A DNA stretch of 43,206 bases, taken from assembly GCA_965205265.1 (NCBI GenBank), contig CBDBGH010000002.1, positions 1 to 43,206 on the forward strand, written 5' to 3'. How positions within the stretch are numbered: position 1 is the stretch's first letter; every line of letters starts with the position of its first letter. The notes beneath the pieces are model-generated. The model did not search any database. It was not told the origin of the DNA and saw nothing but the letters and a program-made list of their open reading frames with translations. The DNA is from Alphaproteobacteria bacterium (GTDB lineage: Bacteria > Pseudomonadota > Alphaproteobacteria > Bin95). Positions 8,827 through 15,564 of this stretch are shown one piece after another. A program made the position numbers and the translations under genes.

Positions 8827-10086
8827 ATGACAAATCTCGTTCCCCATCGGCACCAGCCGGACCTGTTCGTCGCGGACCTGGCCTCTGTCCCCCTCAAGGA
8901 GCTGGCAGAGCATCTGGAGTTCCCGTTCTTCGGTCTCGCGCCCCAGCCCCACCACGGCATCCGCCGCTTCGAGGATGCCCGGGGCAACTACATCGAACTG
9001 CTTCCAGGGCCATTCGGATTGCCAACAATATTCGACCAGGACATCCTGATCTACTGCATGTCGGTGGCGATGGCCGAGATCCGCAGGGGCCGTCCGGTGC
9101 CGGAAGTGGTGAGAATGTCGGCGGGTGAGCTGCTGCGCTTCGCCAACCGGAGGGTCGGTGGACCGCAGTATGCCGCGGTGGAGGATGGCATCCACCGCCT
9201 GACGACCCTGACCCTGAAGACGAACCTGCGTGGCGAGGAAACCACCTACAACAGGCTGTTCGGAGTGGTGGACGAGGCGTCCATGGTGCGGCGCCACAAC
9301 CGCAGGGACCGTCCGAGTGCGCTGCTGGGGTGCGAGATCGTCCTGTCAGCCTGGATCCGCGAGGCACTGGAGGCGCGGCGGGTGCTTACACTGCATTCCG
9401 ATTACTTCCGGCTGCGGACCCCGCTGGACAGGGCCATCTATCAGGTGGTGCGCAAGCACTGCGGCGAGCAGCCGGAATGGTCCATCGGCCTCCCCAAGCT
9501 CCAGGCCAAGGTCGGATCCGGTAGCGAGCGCCGTGAGTTCCGACGCCAGATAAGGACGGTGACCAACCGCTGGGCCGACCGGGACATGCTCGGCTACAGC
9601 ATCGGGTTCTCCGACGACCGGCTGGTGGCCCGCTACACCGACGGCCCCAGACGCATCCGGGCAGAAATCCAGCCACGCGACCGTCGCCTGACGCCGAAGA
9701 CCCTGGAGACGTTCCGGCGCGAGCATCCGGGCCTTGATCCGGGACACATGGAGACGCTCTGGCGCGGCTGGGCGGCCGGGAAGGCGGAAAGGCCCCGCAA
9801 CGCGCAGGCCGCCTTCCTCGGGTTCTGCCGCCGCTACGTCGGGCTCCGCGCCGAGGGCGACCGCCAGGACCGCGACGGGCCGCGCCCGCAGCTGGGCGAG
9901 GCTGTGCATCCCGAGGCCCTGGAGTGGTGGCGGGGCCTGACACCGGAGCGGCAGCGGCTCGCCGTCGAGGAGTTCCAGATCTGCGGCAGGGGGCTGGACT
10001 GGGCCTTCGCCCGCACCGAGAAGCAGATGATCGAGCGCGCCGCGAGGGACTGGGGCGGCATCGTACGACCCCGCGCGGGCGCGTGA
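8827..10086 (+). CDS. repA: Replication initiator protein A (RPA/RepA type), 419 aa
   Basis: L.PHRHQPDLFVAD, LEFPFFGL, GLPTIFDQDILIYCMS, VLTLHSDYFRLRTPLDRAIYQVVRKHCGEQ..W, L..KVGS; adjacent iterons. Start set at ATG 8827. Confidence 0.92.
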   Translation: MTNLVPHRHQPDLFVADLASVPLKELAEHLEFPFFGLAPQPHHGIRRFEDARGNYIELLPGPFGLPTIFDQDILIYCMSVAMAEIRRGRPVPEVVRMSAGELLRFANRRVGGPQYAAVEDGIHRLTTLTLKTNLRGEETTYNRLFGVVDEASMVRRHNRRDRPSALLGCEIVLSAWIREALEARRVLTLHSDYFRLRTPLDRAIYQVVRKHCGEQPEWSIGLPKLQAKVGSGSERREFRRQIRTVTNRWADRDMLGYSIGFSDDRLVARYTDGPRRIRAEIQPRDRRLTPKTLETFRREHPGLDPGHMETLWRGWAAGKAERPRNAQAAFLGFCRRYVGLRAEGDRQDRDGPRPQLGEAVHPEALEWWRGLTPERQRLAVEEFQICGRGLDWAFARTEKQMIERAARDWGGIVRPRAGA

Positions 10087-10103
10087 CTGAAGACGGGGTT
10101 GCC

Positions 10104-10513
10104 ATGCACCTTTCCGATTACGTTGCCGACCGGCATTTCTCTCCCGGCCACATCGCCGCCTGCCTGCGGACCACAGAGAGCGGGATCGCGCAGACGCCCA
10201 GCCTGGGACGTGACGCCTTCTCCCGCGCGTCGCGGGTGCGGGACGGCGGGGCATCAGACATGGCGGACGGTTCAACCCCATCGGCGTTCCCGCTCTCCAC
10301 ACATCCTTCAGGGCCGGCACGGCGATGATCGAGGCCAGCCCGCTGGGATGGATGCCCCTTCCAGCCGCAGACCCTCGTGGCCTGCCGTGTGGACACGGGC
10401 CAGCACCCCTCGTCCTATGGGAGTGGGCGGACACGGGCGGGTCAACGGTGACGGTGATCGACGACGACAGCCGACTGCCACGGGACGATGCCAGCTGGTC
10501 CAGAATGGGGTAA
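10104..10513 (+). pseudogene. Xre-antitoxin / RES-toxin module remnants
   Basis: N-part MHLSDY..FSPGHIAACLRTT..IAQT..LGRDA..R..RVR resembles Xre/MbcA/ParS antitoxins. C-part LVLWEW..VTVIDDDSRLPRD resembles the end of a RES domain. Most of both genes is deleted. Confidence 0.55.
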
Positions 10514-10741
10514 ACTCCCTGGACAGCTCAACGAGTTGTTTTCTCCGCCATGCCTGGCGGCCAAGACCTTCAGCTTGTTACGCGCCCGAAACCGGTTCCC
10601 CAGGCTCCGCAGTTTCGCGGCCTCTCCCTCCCCGCCAATCATCCACACCCGTCCGGCCCCAGCCTCGACCGGAACACCCGTATGGAATCGGGCTGGCGGA
10701 TCGGCTACGTTGGGTGCCGGGGATGGGAGAGGGATTCCGAC

Positions 10742-11059
10742 ATGCACGCCGAGATCGCGGACAGGAAGGGGAGGATCGCCGGGATCTGCCGCCGCCACCG
10801 GGTGTCGCGCCTTGAGGTGTTCGGGTCGGCGGCCAGGGGCACCGACTTCGATCCCGAAAGGAGCGATGTGGACTTCCTGGTGGAGTTCGAGCCGCCGACC
10901 CTGCCGGGGCTCTTCAGGCGGCGCATGGGTCTGGTCAGGGACCTCCGGACTGCTCTGGACAGGGAGGTGGACGTGATCAGGATGGGCTCGGTCGAAAACA
11001 GGTACCTGCGGGAGGCGATCGACCGGTCGCGCGAGGTGGTGTATGACAGCACGGCGTGA
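10742..11059 (+). CDS. Minimal nucleotidyltransferase (MntA-type antitoxin), 105 aa
   Basis: LEVFGSAARGTDFDPERSDVDFLVEF..REVDVI..NRYLREAIDRSREVVY, overlapping a downstream HEPN gene. Confidence 0.88.
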   Translation: MHAEIADRKGRIAGICRRHRVSRLEVFGSAARGTDFDPERSDVDFLVEFEPPTLPGLFRRRMGLVRDLRTALDREVDVIRMGSVENRYLREAIDRSREVVYDSTA

Positions 11060-11377
11060 CCCCCGGGTATCGATGGCATCGACCTCGCCACCTATGCCGC
11101 ATCCGCCGGGATCCAGGACCAGGTCGAACGGAATTTCATCACCGTTGGCGAAGCGTTGAACCGCCTCCGGCAGGCCTCGCCTGAACTGGCCGGGCGGGTT
11201 CCGGAGGTGGACGACATAATAGGTTTCCGTCACAGACTGGTCCATGGCTACGACCATGTCGACGCGGAGACTGTCTGGGCCGCTGCCCAGGACGAGCTTC
11301 CGGGTCTGCGGCAAGTGGTACGGTCCCTGCTCGCGGAACTCGACCGGACGGCCACAGGACCGCAGGGCAGGGCCTGA
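11043..11377 (+). pseudogene. HEPN/DUF86 (HepT-type) RNase toxin with an N-terminal deletion and frameshift
   Basis: QVERNFITVGEALNRL..IIGFRHRLVHGYDHVD..VW keeps the Rx4HxY motif, but the start (ATG 11043, RRDPR) is out of frame with it and the first helix is missing. Confidence 0.78.
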
Positions 11378-11504
11378 TGGCGACCCTGTCGAGGCTGCCG
11401 GATGTTCGGGATTCCCCTGTCGGGGCTGGTCGGATTCGGACTCATGCTGGCTCGGGAGTGTTTCCCGCCCGTCCGGCGGCCCCCTGATGGTGTCAGATGG
11501 GAAT

Positions 11505-11630
11505 ATGGCCCCGAACCGGCTGTCCGAAAAAGGGGCCGCGACGGCGGCCGGAAAAACCTTGGGGAATCAACGCGTGGATGGTAGCGGTACGGATGACCGG
11601 AAAGGTATGCATTCTTGGACGGATTGCCAG
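11505..11630 (+). promoter_or_regulatory. Putative res site / promoter of the plasmid resolvase
   Basis: TGTCCGAAAA and CCGGAAAGGTATGCATTCTTGGAC half-site-like motifs directly upstream of a serine recombinase; part of it is duplicated at 6758. Confidence 0.5.
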
Positions 11631-11635
11631 CGAAC

Positions 11636-12247
11636 ATGACCGGCGGAACACGGACCGCGCTCTATCTCCGTGTCTCCACGCCGGACCAGAGGCCGGACCT
11701 GCAGTACGACGGACTGCGCGCCTATGCCGGGCGGGCCGGCCTCCGGATCGTGGGGGAATACTGCGACCTCGCCGTTTCCGGACGCCGGAAGGGCCGGCCG
11801 CAGCTCAGCGCCCTGATGGCCAGCGTCCGCAACCGCGAGGTCGACTGCGTGCTCGTATGGAAATTCGACCGGTTCGCCCGCTCGACGCGGCACCTTCTGG
11901 CGGCCCTTGAGGAGTTCGACCACCTCGGCGTGCGCTTCATCAGCATCCGGGACCAGATCGACACGGCCAGCCCGATGGGCCGGGCCATGTTCACGATCGT
12001 CGCCGCCATGGCGGAGCTGGAGTCCTCGCTGGTCAGCGAACGCGTGAGTGCGGGCATGAAGGCGGCCGCAGCGCGGGGCAGGCGTCTTGGCCGCCCGCCG
12101 CTCGCTCCGGCGCTGGTCGGGGAGATCAGGACGCTGGCCGCATCGACCGACCTCAGCATCCGTGAGATCCACAGGAGGATCGGGAAGAGGGCAAGCCGGG
12201 GCCGGGTAGGCGAGATCACCAGACAGACACGGTCAGGTGGCCGATGA
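11636..12247 (+). CDS. Serine recombinase (resolvase/invertase family), 203 aa
   Basis: ALYLRVSTPDQ (catalytic Ser), RPQL, VLVWKFDRFARS, GRAMFTIVAAMAELE, GRRLGRPP and a C-terminal HTH. Confidence 0.93.
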   Translation: MTGGTRTALYLRVSTPDQRPDLQYDGLRAYAGRAGLRIVGEYCDLAVSGRRKGRPQLSALMASVRNREVDCVLVWKFDRFARSTRHLLAALEEFDHLGVRFISIRDQIDTASPMGRAMFTIVAAMAELESSLVSERVSAGMKAAAARGRRLGRPPLAPALVGEIRTLAASTDLSIREIHRRIGKRASRGRVGEITRQTRSGGR

Positions 12248-12329
12248 TCCCCGGGTTTAGCAGGTGTGGGCGGTCCGTCAGCTCTCGGGAAGGCAAAGGT
12301 ACCGACTGCATCATGATAGGGGTCAGTCC

Positions 12330-12495
12330 ATGCCGGTAGTCCTGCGCATCGACGGTCTGCGGTTCCTGTTCTACTCCAACGAAGGCTCCCCGCGGGAGCC
12401 ACCCCACATCCATGTGCTCCAGGGCCAGGATGAAGCCAAGTTCTGGCTTACCCCGGAGGTGTCCCTGGCCTACATGGCATGGGTATTTCTCCTGA
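12330..12495 (+). pseudogene. DUF4160-family toxin-like gene with an internal deletion
   Basis: MPVVLRIDGLRFLFYSNEG.PREPPHIHV..EAKFWL..VSLAY is joined out of frame to a natural-looking end, WHGYFS* (stop 12495). The central helix is missing. Confidence 0.72.
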
Positions 12496-12724
12496 AGCCA
12501 TCCGGTTCGATGCCGACTGCATGTGGGTCGACCTCAGCGACGGCCGCACGATCGGCGTGCCGCTGGCGTGGTTCCCGCGCCTGTCCCATGCCTCGCCGGA
12601 AGAGCGCGACGCCTACGAGCTCAGCCGCCGGGGCATCCACTGGCAGGAACTGGACGAGGACATTTCCGTGGACGGCCTTCTGGCCGGGCGCGGGGACCGG
12701 ACGCGGACAGACCACGCGGCCTGA
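12479..12724 (+). CDS. DUF2442-family protein (partner of DUF4160), 81 aa
   Basis: MWVDLSDGRTIGVPLAWFPRL.HAS.EER..YELS..GIHWQELDEDISVDGLLAG is the family signature. Confidence 0.88.
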   Translation: MGISPEAIRFDADCMWVDLSDGRTIGVPLAWFPRLSHASPEERDAYELSRRGIHWQELDEDISVDGLLAGRGDRTRTDHAA

Positions 12725-12733
12725 GCCATCCAT

Positions 12734-12841
12734 ATCTGCGGCAGGGGGTTGGACTGGGCCTTCGCCCGCACCGAGAAGCAGATGATCGAGTGCGCCGCGA
12801 GGGACTGGGGCGACATCGTACGACCCCGCGCGGGCGCGTGA
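12734..12841 (+). repeat. Direct duplicate of the last 108 bp of repA (9979-10086)
   Basis: ATCTGCGGCAGGGGG..GACCCCGCGCGGGCGCGTGA with only a few substitutions. Confidence 0.9.
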
Positions 12842-12897
12842 GAATGCCGACGGCATGGAACTCCGGGGCCATACACCCGTCGGCAATCATTAGCTTG

Positions 12898-12926
12898 TTG
12901 CGCCTCGCCCGCGTTTGTTTTACACT
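12898..12926 (+). promoter_or_regulatory. sigma70-like promoter for a leaderless transcript
   Basis: TTGCGC-N17-TACACT, with ATG 6 nt later and no SD sequence. Confidence 0.55.
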
Positions 12927-12932
12927 GCCACC

Positions 12933-13121
12933 ATGAGCGGAGATTCGGACGTAAATGATCTTGCCCGGCAGGTCGCCGTGCTGGAGGAACGCATGAACAC
13001 TTCCTATGAGCGGTTGAGGGCGGACATAGCCCAGCGTGACAAGGACAACATGCGCTGGCATATTGGTTTGTGGCTCGCGGCGGTTGTCGTATTGGGCTTC
13101 CTGATCCGCTGGCCGTTCTGA
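12933..13121 (+). CDS. Small coiled-coil + TM protein, paralog 3 (62 aa)
   Basis: Near-identical to paralog 1 but 7 aa (one heptad) shorter in the coiled coil. Confidence 0.75.
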   Translation: MSGDSDVNDLARQVAVLEERMNTSYERLRADIAQRDKDNMRWHIGLWLAAVVVLGFLIRWPF

Positions 13122-13200
13122 TCTACGGCACCATTGTTCCGTATTCTATGGCCGTTGGGAACGGCCAACGCCGGATGCGTTCAGGCAGACGGACAGAGCA

Positions 13201-13737
13201 TTAGTTGCAGGCGTCGGCGTTCGCTTCCAGATATCTTTCAGCGAATACTCGCGTAACGCCCCTGGTCGCAATCTCAAGTTCATAGTGATCTTCCGGTCCC
13301 ATTTGATCTCGATACATACTGTAGGAACGCACCCAGCCCCATTCCTCCGCTATGGGATCATAGAAATATTTCCAGAACTCGAAATCCACGTAATAGCTAG
13401 TCTTCTCAGGGAAGCCGAGCATTGCGGAATTCCACGCCGTCCAGGGTCTGACCACAAGGCGCGGACGGCCCTTCGGAGGAGGAGATTCCCCACCGTATAC
13501 CCCCGCTTCCAGCAACTCGTCACGCACCAATGCCCGCACTTCAGCAAATATCCAGTCGGGCGTCTCGAAGACGGCTTTCCCCGGTTCCCTTAGAAGAGCC
13601 TGTTCATAATACTCCCTCTTCTCAAAAAACACATGAACCGGCTTGCAGTCGTTCCAGAGTTCGATGTCTTTCGCATCTGCAGGGCCTGCCAGCGTGGCGG
13701 CAGCTATAGCGGGAATGGCGATCAGGCGGGTAGGCAT
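13201..13737 (-). CDS. Secreted hypothetical protein, 178 aa
   Basis: Signal peptide MPTRLIAIPAIAAATLAGPADA|K, GGGGAAG RBS, Cys near both ends (ELWNDC, ANADAC), and lower GC than its flanks. Confidence 0.7.
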   Translation of the reverse strand: MPTRLIAIPAIAAATLAGPADAKDIELWNDCKPVHVFFEKREYYEQALLREPGKAVFETPDWIFAEVRALVRDELLEAGVYGGESPPPKGRPRLVVRPWTAWNSAMLGFPEKTSYYVDFEFWKYFYDPIAEEWGWVRSYSMYRDQMGPEDHYELEIATRGVTRVFAERYLEANADACN

Positions 13738-13776
13738 GACTTCCCCATGCCATTTCTCGACCTGTACCGCAAACAT

Positions 13777-13920
13777 GGATGCTCGCGCCGGAACGTCTCC
13801 AGTGTCTTCGGCGTCAGGCGGCGGTCGCGTGGCTGGAAGGTCTTTGGAGATGCGGCGTGGCCCGCTGGCATAGCGGGTCACCAACTGGTCCGCTCCATCC
13901 CGTAAACGCCAATCGACAGC
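13777..13920 (-). pseudogene. Inverted, degenerate internal fragment of repA (about 9590-9729)
   Basis: The reverse complement matches TCCAGCCACGCGACCG.CGCCTGACGCCGAAGAC.CTGGAGACGTTCCGGCGCGAGCATCC. It translates as DQLVTRYASGPRRI versus DRLVARYTDGPRRI in RepA. Confidence 0.85.
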
Positions 13921-13972
13921 TTGATGTAGCGGCCCAAGATCATCGGCGGCTCGGCGCGAGATCATCGCCATT

Positions 13973-14320
13973 TTGGGACCACATTGTCTCATAAGTTTGG
14001 TCAAGCCGAAGGATGTTCTTCAGGAGTTTTGCGGCAAACGACAGGGTTTGTATCTGGATTTCTTCGGAGAGAGACCCGGTGTGCGAACGGGGAAGAAACT
14101 CAAATGGGAGGACGAGGACAAAAACTCGCACGAGCTCGACTTCGTAATCGAAAAGGACGGTTCAAGGACAGAACAGGGCCAGCCTGTCGCTTTCATTGAG
14201 GTGGCGTGGCGAAGATACACCAAGCATTCCCGGAACAAGGCGCAGGAAATCCAAGGTGCTGTCCTTCCCCTCGCGGCAAAATACCGATGGGACAAACCGT
14301 TCCTTGGTGTCGTCTTGGCC
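13973..14320 (+). pseudogene. PD-(D/E)xK restriction-endonuclease-like internal fragment
   Basis: HELDFVIEKDG..PVAFIEVAWRRYTKHSRNKAQEIQGA; lower GC; no convincing start; fused in frame to a transposase fragment. Confidence 0.55.
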
Positions 14321-14907
14321 GGCGGCAGGGTCAGGCTGAACACGGCGAAGGTCGCCGAAGCGGCGCGCTGGGACGGATTGCGCGGGATCACGGCATGGGG
14401 CTGCGATGACGCCGATCCGAGGGATCTCGTGATTCAGTACCGCCGACTCCGGGAAATCGAGGCCTGTTTCCGCGCGAACAGACACGATCCCGGAATCCGC
14501 CCGGTGTTTCACTGGAAGCCCCGAAGGGTGAAGGCGCATATCGCGGTCCGCTACATGGCATTCCGCTGTCTGCAGCATCTGCGCCGACGCCTCGGAGCGC
14601 GGGGGCATCCGATGAGCCCGGACCGCATCGGACGGGCCCTGGCCGAGCTTCGGTTCAGCATCCTCGGCCGCTCAGGCGGCCCCGGCAGATTCGGCGTCCC
14701 GCACAGGGCCGCGCCGGACGCGGAGGAGATTTACCGGACCCTGGGCCTGAAATGGACCCGGCGTCCGTTCGTCATCGAGCCGCCGGACGCGCCCGGCGCG
14801 GACAGGGAAGAAACGACGGCGCGGAGCGGCTGAAGCGGGCTCCGGCGGCCCGGAAAACACTGAAAAATGTAGTGCCCTTTTCGGGCAGGCGAGTCAATGT
14901 ACACAGG
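14321..14907 (+). mobile_element. IS1634-family transposase 3' remnant and right end
   Basis: ARWDGL.GI, YRRL.EIE.CFR, IRPVFHW..RRVKAHI..MAF. The 3' tail AAAAATGTAGTGCC..GTCAATGTACACAGG resembles IS1634-type ends. Confidence 0.72.
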
Positions 14908-14974
14908 GAAGAGCCTCTTGCAGAACTCCCCGATCGGCCCTGTACGCACGAAGGGGCTCAAAACGGCAAGATTC

Positions 14975-15400
14975 TCATGAGGTCTGCGTTGTCCGTTTGA
15001 TGCGGTCGATTGTTGCGGCACCGGCATTGAAGTGTCGCGCGATGGCGCGGATGGACTGCCCGTCCTTGGGCATGGTCCTGACCTGATCCCGCTGGTGGGG
15101 TGCCAGCCTCAGCTTCCGCCCGAACCTGACGCCGCGTCTCCTGGCCGAGGCCCGGCCCTCTTCTGTACGTTCATTGATGACATTGCGTTCAAGCCCGGAA
15201 AGTCCGGCGAAAACGGTGAGCAGGAACTTTCCCATCGAGCCTGCGGTATCCGCCCAAGGTTCACGTGGAGAGCGGAACGAAGCGTCAGCGGCTTCTGTCT
15301 TCCGGGTGATGGCGAACGGTCGTTGGCCGGCCGCGCGAGGCGGTCCAGGCTGGTGACGGGCAACGTGCCGCCGGGCTGCATGGAGCTGGGCATCCTTTCG
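14975..15400 (-). pseudogene. Serine resolvase/invertase pseudogene
   Basis: VTSLDRLAR, MGKFLLTVFAGL..LER..INERTEEGR..ARRRGVRFGRK and an HTH in broken frames. The 5' end is cut by the Tn3 left IR. Confidence 0.8.
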
Positions 15401-15444
15401 GGTCGGGGCCTGCGGCGGTCAAACCCGGTCAGTTTCCCCTGGAA

Positions 15445-15488
15445 GGCCTAAAAGGACCATAGCTGCATATATGGACATCTGAAAGAAC
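15445..15488 (+). repeat. Left terminal inverted repeat of the Tn3-family element
   Basis: GGCCTAAAAGGACCATAGCTGCATATATGGACATCTGAAAGAAC. Confidence 0.9.
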
Positions 15489-15564
15489 ATATGGTGTACA
15501 AAAACGCGTTGACGAGGGTCTGCAACTGATCTGAGATTTGGCATCTTTTCCGAATGGAGTGAGC

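Larger units (their letters stand above)
1..14907. repeat. First copy of a 14,907-bp direct repeat (unit length 28,299 bp; circular plasmid overlap or multimer)
   Basis: Every ORF in 1-14907 recurs exactly 28,299 bp later with the same translation (252..2828 vs 28551..31127; 13973..14833 vs 42272..43132). Position 1 gaggccgtcc matches position 28300. Confidence 0.97.
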
